64,000 bases of DNA, from contig JAVBPX010000001.1 of the NCBI GenBank assembly GCA_031549365.1, positions 130,417 through 194,416 on the forward strand, written 5' to 3'. Origin of the DNA: Alphaproteobacteria bacterium. Its GTDB lineage: Bacteria; Pseudomonadota; Alphaproteobacteria; Rs-D84. The notes under the pieces are model-generated. The model was not told the DNA's origin. It ran no database searches and worked only from the letters and a program-made list of their open reading frames with translations. Of this stretch, positions 34,944-44,464 are shown one piece after another (position 1 is the stretch's first letter; the number at the start of each line of letters is the position of its first letter). A program made the translations under genes and the position numbers.

Positions 34944-36242
34944 ATGAAAAATCAAAACTTGTTTGAATCGAACGAATCTAATATCAAAAAACCCCTGGCC
35001 GACATATTGCGGCCACGAACTTTGTCCGATATTGTGGGCCAAGACAGCTTGCTGGGACCAAATGGTTTAATAACCCAAATGGTATTAAATGACCATTTAT
35101 CCAGCTTGATTTTATGGGGGCCTCCTGGATGCGGAAAAACAACAATGGCGCGGGCATTGGCCGGACGATCCGATATGGAATTTATTCCAATGTCCGCCGT
35201 GTTTTCAGGTGTCGCCGACATTAAAAAAGCAATGGACGTTGCATCAAAACACCGGGAAATTGGACGTCAAACATTGCTATTCATTGATGAAATTCATCGC
35301 TTTAATAAAACGCAACAGGATACCTTGCTACCGTATTTAGAGGATGGGACCGTAGTATTTATTGGAGCCACTACCGAAAATCCCAGTTTTCATTTGAATA
35401 ACGCGTTATTATCCCGTTGCCATGTTTGCGTGTTATCCCCTCTAAATACCGAAAGTTTGATGATTTTAATGGATCGCGCAGAACAGCATTTAAATATCAA
35501 ATTGCCGCTAAACGATGCCGCACGAATTCATTTGGCACAAATGTCTGATGGCGACGCTCGTTTTTTGTTAAACACAATTGAATATTTATCACACACATCA
35601 TTTTCAGAGCCCCTGGACCCGGAAACACTGGTTTCAACAATTCAAAAACGCGCCCCATTATCCGATAAATCCGGGGACGAACATTATAATTTAATATCCG
35701 CTGTTCATAAATCATTGCGCGCATCGGATACGGACGCCGCGTTATATTGGGTTGCTCGAATGATGACATCAGGCCAGGATCCAATGTATATTTTCCGGCG
35801 TTTAACCAGATTCGCAGTCGAAGATATTGGTTTGGCCGATCCAATGGCAGCCGTCCATGCTTTGAATGCCTGGCAAATTTATGAACGAATGGGATCGCCC
35901 GAAGGGGATTTGGCCCTGACACAATTGGTTATATATTTGGCCACCGCCCCCAAGAGCACAGGGAATTACCGCGCACAAAAGGCGGCATACCAATCTGCAT
36001 CTGAAAACGGCAGTTTAATGCCGCCAAAAAACATTTTAAATGCCCCGACAAAAATGATGAAAAATTTGGGATATGGCGCAAATTATGTTTATGAACCCGA
36101 TACAGAATCCGGCTTTTCTGGGCAAAATTGCTTTCCCGATAAAATGAAGCGTCAAACATATTATGTCCCGCGCGATATCGGATTTGAACGCGAAATCAAA
36201 AAACGTTTGGATTATTGGGAAACACTCCGCAAAAAATCTTAA
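34944..36242 (+). CDS. rarA: Replication-associated recombination protein A (MgsA/RarA AAA+ ATPase)
   Basis: 432 aa. Walker A 'GPPGCGKTT'. Walker B 'LFIDEIHRF'. C-terminal MgsA helical domain. Confidence 0.85.
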   Translation: MKNQNLFESNESNIKKPLADILRPRTLSDIVGQDSLLGPNGLITQMVLNDHLSSLILWGPPGCGKTTMARALAGRSDMEFIPMSAVFSGVADIKKAMDVASKHREIGRQTLLFIDEIHRFNKTQQDTLLPYLEDGTVVFIGATTENPSFHLNNALLSRCHVCVLSPLNTESLMILMDRAEQHLNIKLPLNDAARIHLAQMSDGDARFLLNTIEYLSHTSFSEPLDPETLVSTIQKRAPLSDKSGDEHYNLISAVHKSLRASDTDAALYWVARMMTSGQDPMYIFRRLTRFAVEDIGLADPMAAVHALNAWQIYERMGSPEGDLALTQLVIYLATAPKSTGNYRAQKAAYQSASENGSLMPPKNILNAPTKMMKNLGYGANYVYEPDTESGFSGQNCFPDKMKRQTYYVPRDIGFEREIKKRLDYWETLRKKS

Positions 36243-36250
36243 TCTCTTTT

Positions 36251-36291
36251 GTTGAAACCTGAAATAATTGTAAATTGTTTCAGGTTTCAAC
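36251..36291. promoter_or_regulatory. Perfect 14-bp inverted repeat (hairpin) immediately after the rarA stop, with no U-tract
   Basis: 'gttgaaacctgaaa' (36251-36264), then a 13-nt loop, then 'tttcaggtttcaac' (36278-36291). The two arms are exact reverse complements. Confidence 0.4.
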
Positions 36292-36400
36292 AATTCACAA
36301 TAAAAAACAAATCATACATTTATAATTTATCTGTTTTATGTTTGCATTTTTACCGGGTTTGTTTATAATTTATTACAGCTTATAAAACAAAGGAATGATT

Positions 36401-37843
36401 ATGGCAAAAACAGCTATTACACCCACACGTGCTGAAAATTTTTCTGAATGGTATCAAAACGTTATATCCGCCGCAGATTTGGCTGAAAATTCACCGGTTC
36501 GCGGATGCATGACGATCAAGCCGTATGGATTTGCCATTTGGGAATTGTTGCGCGATGATATGGATCGGCGCATAAAATCAGCTGGTGTAACAAATGCCTA
36601 TTTCCCGTTATTGATTCCATTGGATTACATGACGCGCGAGGCCGAACACGTCGACGGCTTTGCCCAAGAATGCGCGGTTGTAACGCATTACCGTTTAAAA
36701 AATGTTGATGGTAAAATTATACCAGACCCTGATGCAAAATTAACCGAACCGTATATTATTCGGCCAACTTCTGAAACAATTATTGGCGAAGCAATGTCCC
36801 GCTGGATTCAATCATATCGGGATTTGCCATTGAAATTAAATCAATGGGCAAACGTTATGCGTTGGGAAATGCGTCCACGCGTATTCTTGCGCACTTCGGA
36901 ATTCTTGTGGCAAGAGGGGCACAACGTATTCGCAACCCAAGCTGACGCCCACGAAGACGCGCGCAAAATGCATCGTGTATATAATGAATTTTGCCGGGAA
37001 ATTTTGGCAATTCCATCAATTATGGGTAAAAAAACACCAGATGAACGATTTGCCGGCGCAGACCACACATACACAATTGAACAAATGATGCAGGACGGCA
37101 AGGCATTACAGGGTGGAACCAGCCATGATTTGGGTCAACATTTTTCCAAATCATTTAATATTCGATTTTTAGGGGCTGCCGGCCAATTGGAACATGCTTG
37201 GACCACATCATGGGGCGTATCAACACGTTTAATGGGTTCATTAATTATGTCCCATTCCGATGATGACGGATTGGTTTTGCCGCCAAATGTTGCCCCACAC
37301 CAAATTGTAATTATCCCTATTATTCGTGATGAATCCAAAACGGATGCAATTATTCAGTATGCCACCAAATTGGGTAACGATTTGCAAAAATCTGGCGTCC
37401 GCGTATTGGTTGATAAATCTGAAATGCGTTCGGCCGATAAAATGTGGCATTGGATTAAACGCGGTGTGCCGGTTCGTATCGAAGTTGGAGAACGTGAAAT
37501 GGATGCGAATGTTGCAACATTTACACGACGTGATTTGGGCAAGCCATCCCTGGCAACAAAAAATTATGCAGATGTTGTTTCTGAAATGCCTGAATTATTG
37601 AAAACAATTCAATCTGATTTATTGGCCACTGCTGAACAGAGGATTCAAAACATGATGCACCATGTTTCAACATTGGACGAACTACAATCCGGACTGGCGT
37701 CACAAAAAGCCGGCTTTTATCGCATGCCATATTCAGAAACATTAAAACCGGAATTTGATGAATTAATCTCAACATACAAAATTTCGCGTCGTTGTTTGGA
37801 CGATCGCGATCCTACATTTGTGTTTGTTGCAAAATCATATTAA
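36401..37843 (+). CDS. proS: Prolyl-tRNA synthetase, archaeal/eukaryal-type (no insertion editing domain)
   Basis: About 480 aa. Class II motifs, including the 'PTSETIIGE' motif-2 region. Short architecture typical of alphaproteobacterial ProRS. ATG at 36401 chosen for 6-nt spacing from the AAGGA RBS. Confidence 0.85.
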   Translation: MAKTAITPTRAENFSEWYQNVISAADLAENSPVRGCMTIKPYGFAIWELLRDDMDRRIKSAGVTNAYFPLLIPLDYMTREAEHVDGFAQECAVVTHYRLKNVDGKIIPDPDAKLTEPYIIRPTSETIIGEAMSRWIQSYRDLPLKLNQWANVMRWEMRPRVFLRTSEFLWQEGHNVFATQADAHEDARKMHRVYNEFCREILAIPSIMGKKTPDERFAGADHTYTIEQMMQDGKALQGGTSHDLGQHFSKSFNIRFLGAAGQLEHAWTTSWGVSTRLMGSLIMSHSDDDGLVLPPNVAPHQIVIIPIIRDESKTDAIIQYATKLGNDLQKSGVRVLVDKSEMRSADKMWHWIKRGVPVRIEVGEREMDANVATFTRRDLGKPSLATKNYADVVSEMPELLKTIQSDLLATAEQRIQNMMHHVSTLDELQSGLASQKAGFYRMPYSETLKPEFDELISTYKISRRCLDDRDPTFVFVAKSY

Positions 37844-37853
37844 TGGGGGAAAT

Positions 37854-38468
37854 ATGAAAAAAATATTAACCGTACTCTTGGCATTGGTAATGACACCTGC
37901 ATTTGCTGAAATCGATAAACAGTTGGTTGATCGCGCCGAAAAATATTTAAACGGAATCGCTGGGATGGATGGTGATTTCACACAAAAAACATCCGATGGA
38001 CAAAAAGATTCCGGGAAATTTTCATTAATGCGTCCGGGCAAAATTCGATTGGATTACAAAAAAGCCCCAATCCAATTAATATCTGATGGGGATGATGTTT
38101 ATTTTTACGATCAATCACTGGATCAAATTACAACAATTGCAGTATCGGCAACACCGGCCAGCGTTTTGGTCCGAAAAACAATTGATTTAACCAATGCCGA
38201 CTTGAAAGTTGTTGATACCAAAATGAACGGATCATCGTATGATGTAACATTGGTTATGCGTGAAAACCCCGGTTTGGGCAAAATGACCGTAACATTTGAT
38301 CTGGGCAACAATACCATGTTGGGCTGGGTTGTAAATGACGCCACAGGATTGGTTACAACTGTTAATTTGAAAAATTTAAAAACTGTAAAATCATTTCCAA
38401 AAAATTTCTTTGAATTAAAACGCCAAAAGACATATGGACATGAACAAAGGGATTCATACTATGACTAG
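37854..38468 (+). CDS. lolA: Outer-membrane lipoprotein carrier protein LolA
   Basis: Signal peptide 'MKKILTVLLALVMTPAFA'. About 200-aa LolA-like beta-barrel with 'GKFSLMRPGKIRLDY'. Confidence 0.65.
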   Translation: MKKILTVLLALVMTPAFAEIDKQLVDRAEKYLNGIAGMDGDFTQKTSDGQKDSGKFSLMRPGKIRLDYKKAPIQLISDGDDVYFYDQSLDQITTIAVSATPASVLVRKTIDLTNADLKVVDTKMNGSSYDVTLVMRENPGLGKMTVTFDLGNNTMLGWVVNDATGLVTTVNLKNLKTVKSFPKNFFELKRQKTYGHEQRDSYYD

Positions 38469-39468
38469 ACCAATGTACACATTTTCAGGCATTAAACCAA
38501 CCGGGGATTTACACCTGGGTAGTTTGATTGGATCAATATTATTAAATGTTGATTACGCCAATCGTGCCGACAAATCTTTGTTAATGTTGGCGGATTTACA
38601 TGCGATCACAGTCCCCCAGAATCCCACAGAATTACGCCAACACAGTTATGAAATTTTATCCGCATATATTGCGGCTGGCGCAAATCCGGATAAAACAATA
38701 TTGTTTGCTCAGTCCCATATTTCGGAACACGCTGAATTGGCCTGGGTTATGAACTGTATGGCATCAATTGGACAGATGGAACGCATGACCCAATACAAGG
38801 ACCAGGTCGCAAAAAAAGAAGACTTTATATCAATGGGAATTTTGGCATACCCTGCATTAATGGCCGCCGATATTCTGTTGTATGACGCAACACACGTGCC
38901 GGTTGGCGAAGATCAAAAACAACACGTTGAACTGGCCCGCGATTTGGTTGGTCGCATTAATCATCGTTATAGTAAAACAGTATTTACAATGCCTGAACCA
39001 ATTATGCGATCTGTTGGCGCACGCATTATGTCATTAAAGGATGGAACCAAAAAGATGAGCAAATCCGATCCATCCAGTTGCCTGTTTTTAATGGATTCAG
39101 ATGATGAAATCATTAATAAAATCAAACGCGCAAAAACGGATACCGATCCGATTCCAGATAATGTCGAAGCATTAAAAAATCGGCCCGAAGTATATAATTT
39201 GATTTCTATTTATTCAGCATTATCCGATACGGATATGTCAAAAACTTTGTCTGAATTCTCTGGCGGCGGGTTCGGCGTCTTTAAACCAAAATTGGCGCAA
39301 TTGGTTGTTGACCATGTTGCCCCAATCCGCGAACGCATGAAAATCATGTTGAACGACACAAATAAATTGGACCAGATTTTGAAAAACGGATATGAATTGG
39401 CAAAGCCGATGGCCAAACAAAAATTGGAATTTGTTTATGATACTGTCGGCTTTTTGAAAAAGGCGTAA
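38461..39468 (+). CDS. trpS: Tryptophanyl-tRNA synthetase
   Basis: Class I motifs 'TFSGIKPTGDLHLGS' (HIGH-type) and 'KMSKS' ('KKMSKSD'). Confidence 0.9.
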   Translation: MTRPMYTFSGIKPTGDLHLGSLIGSILLNVDYANRADKSLLMLADLHAITVPQNPTELRQHSYEILSAYIAAGANPDKTILFAQSHISEHAELAWVMNCMASIGQMERMTQYKDQVAKKEDFISMGILAYPALMAADILLYDATHVPVGEDQKQHVELARDLVGRINHRYSKTVFTMPEPIMRSVGARIMSLKDGTKKMSKSDPSSCLFLMDSDDEIINKIKRAKTDTDPIPDNVEALKNRPEVYNLISIYSALSDTDMSKTLSEFSGGGFGVFKPKLAQLVVDHVAPIRERMKIMLNDTNKLDQILKNGYELAKPMAKQKLEFVYDTVGFLKKA

Positions 39469-39470
39469 AC

Positions 39471-39791
39471 ATGTTTGGGATCAGCTCGGTCGAACTTTTG
39501 ATAATTTTGGTTGTCGCAATGATTGTGATACCCGCCAAGAATTGGCCAGATGTGTTTAAATTCTTTGCCAAATTGATTCGAATGATTCGCGGATTTGTAT
39601 ATCAGATCCAGGACAAAGTATCCGAATGGGAAACGGAAATTGATAAGCACAATCCCATTGATGATTTAACCAAAAATACATTTAACGATATGATGGACAC
39701 ATTTGCAGAACCCGTAAAAAAACCGGCAAAGTCTTTAAAAATTATCAAAACCAAGAAGCCCGTGAAAAAATCCAGGACAACGAAAAAATGA
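39471..39791 (+). CDS. tatB: Sec-independent translocase subunit TatB (TatA/B family)
   Basis: 106 aa. N-terminal TM 'MFGISSVELLIILVVAMIVIPAKNWPDV', then an amphipathic helix and a charged tail. Immediately upstream of tatC. Confidence 0.6.
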   Translation: MFGISSVELLIILVVAMIVIPAKNWPDVFKFFAKLIRMIRGFVYQIQDKVSEWETEIDKHNPIDDLTKNTFNDMMDTFAEPVKKPAKSLKIIKTKKPVKKSRTTKK

Positions 39792-40522
39792 CCACATTAA
39801 AAATGCGTTTAATTGATCATATTATGGAATTACGTCGCCGTATTATTTATGTTTTATCGTGCTTTGTTATTACTTTCATTATTGGATACTCTGTATCGCC
39901 CCAAATCCAGGAATTATTAATGTTGCCTTTATCCAAAACATGGGGAAATGGTTTTATGATTTACACCCAATTGTCCGAAGGTTTTTTTATTAAAATGAGT
40001 CTGGGTAGCTTTTTCGCCTTGCTCTTCACGATCCCGATGTTTTTATATCAGGCTTGGTCTTTTATTGCCCCAGGGCTGCGTGAAAACGAACGCAAATTTG
40101 TTATGCCAATTTTAATTATTTCACCATTATTGTTTTTATTTGGCGCCGCGTTTGCATATTTATTTTTGATTCCAATTATGTTTGAATTTTTTATTTCATT
40201 GGATCAAAGCGCTGGCTCTATACAAACCGTATTAATGCCACACCTCTCTACGTATTTAGAGCAAACAATTAATATGATGAAAATGTTTGGTGTTGCGTTC
40301 CAATTTCCATTGGTTTTGGTTTTGTTAAATAAAATCGGTATTTTACAAAAGTCAACTTTGAAAAAACATCGCCGTCACGCAATCGTTGTTGCATTCATTG
40401 TTGGGGCCATTTTAACGCCTTCACCTGATGTAATATCACAAATTGGCTTGTCCATTCCGTTGGTTTTAATGTATGAAATTGCGATGTGGTTCATGTCGGA
40501 TGAATCCCCTATAAACAAATAG
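39788..40522 (+). CDS. tatC: Sec-independent translocase subunit TatC
   Basis: 244 aa, 6 TM. N-terminal 'LIDHIMELRRRIIYVL' is the TatC signature. ATGA overlap with tatB. Confidence 0.85.
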   Translation: MTTLKMRLIDHIMELRRRIIYVLSCFVITFIIGYSVSPQIQELLMLPLSKTWGNGFMIYTQLSEGFFIKMSLGSFFALLFTIPMFLYQAWSFIAPGLRENERKFVMPILIISPLLFLFGAAFAYLFLIPIMFEFFISLDQSAGSIQTVLMPHLSTYLEQTINMMKMFGVAFQFPLVLVLLNKIGILQKSTLKKHRRHAIVVAFIVGAILTPSPDVISQIGLSIPLVLMYEIAMWFMSDESPINK

Positions 40523-40554
40523 ATTTTGCCCCATAAATGCGGTATAATGCGGGT

Positions 40555-42078
40555 ATGAAATTATATACCCCCATTATTTTTGTCGCCCTGTTGTCGGGAT
40601 GTGATTTGCATCCTATGATTGTTGGCATACCCGGGGATATAGCGGATGCAATATCTGGCGAACCAGCAACATCTTCGGCCAAAGTCCCAACCGATACCAT
40701 CACACATAGGGAAACAAAATCGGACGATTTATACGGACCAACCGGCGAACGAGGCAACCCGAATGATTATGGAAACGCGTCCCGATTTGAAAAACATGAA
40801 TCGGCCCCGGCAAAAAAATCCGAACCACAGGCCAAAGAAAAAATATTAAACGATACTCCAATTGATGAACAAATTGAAATGGTGGTGGAAGAACCGAAAT
40901 CCGAACCAATACCCAAAGACACATTAATGGTGCCGGAAAAAACACAACCATCAGAACCAAAATTGGTACCCGCGCCGGACGAAGATTCAAAATCAACCAT
41001 CACCGAAAAAAACGCTGACACCGAAACTGATGATATTTTAATTGTTCCTAAAAAGAATCAAACCCCCATCAAGCCGATTATAGCAAAACCAAAACAAGAT
41101 ACTATTATTGTAGAAGCTGGCAATACGCTATACAATTTATCCAAAAAGCATGATGTCCCGTTACGTGATTTGATTTCTGTGAATCATTTGGATGCGCCGT
41201 ATACATTAAAACCTGGAATGTCATTACAAATTCCATCAAAAAATTTCCATATTGTTACAGTCGGAGACACGCTGTATTCAATATCACGAATGTATGGGAT
41301 GGACGTAAACAGTCTTGCGAACACGAATAACATTAAACCTCCGTACGCATTATCAATCGGTCAAAAATTACAATTATCCGCATCGATTTCAATTATGGAT
41401 CAAACTGTTAAATCCGCGCCGAAAATAGAAATTGTGGAAAAGAAAACCGATCAAAAACCAGAAACAAAACCCGCCAAAACACCGGATATTAAATCGGGCA
41501 AACCTGATGATACGCCAAAAACCCCAGTTGTGATTACGGGAAAACCATCCAAACCGGAAACCATGTATGGCCGTGTTGAACCGAAAAAAGCCGAACCAAA
41601 ACCGACTGTTAAAACAACAACCGCCCCAAAGCCCGAGGTTAAAACATCAACCAAGGCCAGTCCCGCTGTTATCCGCGCAATTCCGGCCGCCGGGTCGCGC
41701 GCATCATCATCGTTTGCGTGGCCAGTTCGCGGTAAAATTATTTCGCCATTTGGCGCAAAATCAAACGGATTATATAATGACGGAATTAATATTTCAGCCA
41801 AAGCCGGCACAACTGTCAAAGCATCCGAAAACGGGGTTGTTGCATACGCCGGGAATGAATTAAAAGGATTGGGCAATTTGGTAATTATTCAACATGCTGG
41901 CGGTTGGATGACGGTTTATGCACACATGCATTCGTTGGAAGTTTCCCGTGGGGACAAGGTAAAATTGGGTGAAAAAGTCGGAACGATTGGGCAAACGGGC
42001 CGGGTTACATCGCCACAATTGCATTTTGAAATCCGCAAGGGCACCAAAGCATTTGATCCAACAAAACAATTACGATAA
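40555..42078 (+). CDS. LysM-domain M23 peptidase lipoprotein (NlpD-like murein DD-endopeptidase)
   Basis: Lipobox 'LLSGC'. Low-complexity Pro/Lys/Thr linker. LysM repeats ('IVEAGNTLYNLSKKH', 'VTVGDTLYSISRMYG'). C-terminal M23 domain 'GINISAKAGTTVKASENGVVAYAG...IIQHAGGWMTVYAHMH'. Confidence 0.8.
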   Translation: MKLYTPIIFVALLSGCDLHPMIVGIPGDIADAISGEPATSSAKVPTDTITHRETKSDDLYGPTGERGNPNDYGNASRFEKHESAPAKKSEPQAKEKILNDTPIDEQIEMVVEEPKSEPIPKDTLMVPEKTQPSEPKLVPAPDEDSKSTITEKNADTETDDILIVPKKNQTPIKPIIAKPKQDTIIVEAGNTLYNLSKKHDVPLRDLISVNHLDAPYTLKPGMSLQIPSKNFHIVTVGDTLYSISRMYGMDVNSLANTNNIKPPYALSIGQKLQLSASISIMDQTVKSAPKIEIVEKKTDQKPETKPAKTPDIKSGKPDDTPKTPVVITGKPSKPETMYGRVEPKKAEPKPTVKTTTAPKPEVKTSTKASPAVIRAIPAAGSRASSSFAWPVRGKIISPFGAKSNGLYNDGINISAKAGTTVKASENGVVAYAGNELKGLGNLVIIQHAGGWMTVYAHMHSLEVSRGDKVKLGEKVGTIGQTGRVTSPQLHFEIRKGTKAFDPTKQLR

Positions 42079-42140
42079 TTCAAAAAATACTTGCAAAACG
42101 AACAAACAGACATTATACTGCGTCGGCATTGTGAATAAGA

Positions 42141-42215
42141 GCGAGTATAGTTCAAGGGCTAGAATGCCAGCCTTCCAAGCTGGAAATGAGGGTTCGAATC
42201 CCTCTACTCGCACCA
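42141..42215 (+). tRNA. tRNA-Gly (anticodon TCC)
   Basis: Acceptor GCGAGTA/TACTCGC. Anticodon stem CCAGC/GCTGG with loop 'ctTCCaa'. T-loop GGTTCGAATCC. CCA encoded. Confidence 0.9.
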
Positions 42216-42424
42216 AAAAAATTATGAAAATGTGCGCCTGGGCGCGTTTTTGGAACCAACTCGTCGCGATCATGTACCATGTGTACACTCACGCTCCTCG
42301 GATCCCAAACAACACTCCCAATCATCACATTTTGATAATTTTTCATATTTATATGTGATTGGGGGTTTGTATTTTATTACGGGTTCGCTTATAATCCCTC
42401 TCCCTCAAATCATCAATATTATTT

Positions 42425-42510
42425 GGGCGTGCGCCGGAGTTGGAGAGCCGGGGCAGACTGTAAATCTGTTGGCTATGCCTGAGCTGGTTCGAATCCAGCC
42501 ACTCCCACCA
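42425..42510 (+). tRNA. tRNA-Tyr (anticodon GTA), type II with long variable arm
   Basis: Anticodon stem GCAGA/TCTGT with loop 'cTGTAaa'. Variable arm 'TGGCTATGCCTGA'. T-arm GCTGG-TTCGAAT-CCAGC. CCA encoded. The acceptor has one C4:U69 mismatch and position 8 is C. Confidence 0.8.
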
Positions 42511-42519
42511 AAATAAAAA

Positions 42520-42543
42520 AACACCCTTTACGGGTGTTTTTTT
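42520..42543 (+). terminator. Rho-independent terminator after tRNA-Tyr
   Basis: 'caccc tttac gggtg' hairpin followed by T7. Confidence 0.65.
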
Positions 42544-42641
42544 ATTTTGACAAGATATTGTTTTGCTATTTAAACATTATTTGTGAAAATTAAAAATTTT
42601 CTTTGAAAAGATAACAATAAATACATTTAAGTAATTAAACT

Positions 42642-44420
42642 TTACGCACAAACATCTTCCAAAATTAATTGGACGGATGTACGGCCCATATGTTCATTTT
42701 CTTTTAATTTTCCGCATAATGTAACGGCACGACCGACATTTGATTCATCCAATAAAAATTGTCCAACCGGCGTGTCCGCCAAATTAAATCCGATTACTTG
42801 GACTGTGGTGCCAGCGCTGGTTTTGAATGCCGCGCGAACATGACCATGTCCGACGATATTCGCCCATGATAACATTGCGCCAGTTAATGCAAATGTTGGT
42901 TCGGAGTTATCTTGGCCAAATGGTTCCAGGCGCGAAAACGATCGGACCAACGACATTGATGCCCCGCCCGCATCCATTAATACGTCGATTTTAATTAATG
43001 GTTTTAAACAAATTTCACCCAATTGTTTTTTAACCTGAATTCGAACAAATTCGATAAATTTATCGGCCATTGATTCATGCAATGTAAATCCTGCGGCGGC
43101 GGAATGCCCGCCCCCCTCGACCAATAATCCTGCCGACATCGCGTCCAGAATGATACGGCCCAAATCGACCTCGGGGATTGACCGGCCGGATCCATTAATT
43201 GTGCCGTCCGCGGATTTTGTTGCAACACATGTTGGGCGATAATACCGGTCTTTTAAGCGTCCGGCGATAATTCCCATAACACCACCATGCCAATTTTCAT
43301 CACATAAAAATATGAACGGATCAAATGCATCCGGATTTGATTCAATCATTTCAATTGCATGCATTAATGTTCCGGATTCGATGTCTTTTCTCTGCTCATT
43401 TAATGATGTTAAATCAGTTGCCAATTCGCGTGCGACACGCATATCATCACATAACAATAATTCCAAACTCTTATCCGCCGAAGTCAATCGCCCGGCAGCA
43501 TTCAAACGCGGTCCCAAAACAAATCCCAAAACATAAACGGATATTGATTTAACATTGGATACTTCCATCAAAGCGCGCAATCCAATATTTTTCCGACCCT
43601 CCAAAACCCGTAATCCGGTTGCAACAAACGCCCGATTCAATCCAATTAATGGCATGGTATCACACACCGTACCCAATGCCACCAAATCCAAAGATTCCAT
43701 TAATTTTGGTTCATCACGATCGTCGAAAAAACCGGATTCACGCAACGCGCGGTTCAATCCAACCAAAAACAAAAATGATACACCAACGCCAGCCAAATAT
43801 GTCAATCCGGATTCATCATCATGACGCTTTGGATCAACAACCGCGTCAGCGGATGGTAATATATCCTCGGGTTCGTGATGATCCAAAATCACAACATCCA
43901 TTCCCAAACTTTTGGCGTGGCTCACTTCGTTAACGGCACTGATCCCACAATCAACTGTTATTAAAACACGTGCGCCACGGGCATACAAATCATCAATTGC
44001 ATTAATGTTTAATCCATACCCCTCGCCATCGCGTGATGGTAAATGCCACAAAATATCATTTATTCCCAAATCCCGAAAATACCGAACCATATTCGCAGTC
44101 GACGTAATCCCATCAACATCATAATCCCCGAAAACAGATAATTTTTTACCATCCCGTACAGCATTTACAATACAGCCAATTGCCATATCCATATCACGCA
44201 TTACGAATGGATCCGGCATTTGTTCTTTGATGCTGGGATTTAAAAATTGTTCAATATTCGATACACCGCGGGAAATCAATAATCCAGATAACGCCACCGG
44301 CAAATCAAAGTTTTTCGACACTTCGTTTATCCGATTTTCATCAATCGGGCTATACACCCAGGTTTTCCCCAACAATGATTGTTCGCATAGCGTCTTCAAT
44401 ATATTCTCTTTTTTTATCAA
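42642..44420 (-). CDS. recJ: Single-stranded-DNA-specific exonuclease RecJ
   Basis: 592 aa. DHH motifs 'VFGDYDVDGITS' and 'ITVDCGI' and 'DHH'. DHHA1 domain 'GGGHSAAAG'. Confidence 0.9.
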   Translation of the reverse strand: MIKKENILKTLCEQSLLGKTWVYSPIDENRINEVSKNFDLPVALSGLLISRGVSNIEQFLNPSIKEQMPDPFVMRDMDMAIGCIVNAVRDGKKLSVFGDYDVDGITSTANMVRYFRDLGINDILWHLPSRDGEGYGLNINAIDDLYARGARVLITVDCGISAVNEVSHAKSLGMDVVILDHHEPEDILPSADAVVDPKRHDDESGLTYLAGVGVSFLFLVGLNRALRESGFFDDRDEPKLMESLDLVALGTVCDTMPLIGLNRAFVATGLRVLEGRKNIGLRALMEVSNVKSISVYVLGFVLGPRLNAAGRLTSADKSLELLLCDDMRVARELATDLTSLNEQRKDIESGTLMHAIEMIESNPDAFDPFIFLCDENWHGGVMGIIAGRLKDRYYRPTCVATKSADGTINGSGRSIPEVDLGRIILDAMSAGLLVEGGGHSAAAGFTLHESMADKFIEFVRIQVKKQLGEICLKPLIKIDVLMDAGGASMSLVRSFSRLEPFGQDNSEPTFALTGAMLSWANIVGHGHVRAAFKTSAGTTVQVIGFNLADTPVGQFLLDESNVGRAVTLCGKLKENEHMGRTSVQLILEDVCA

Positions 44421-44464
44421 GTTTATAATAACAAAAAAGAGAGCCCCCGGTCAAGTTAAACCGA

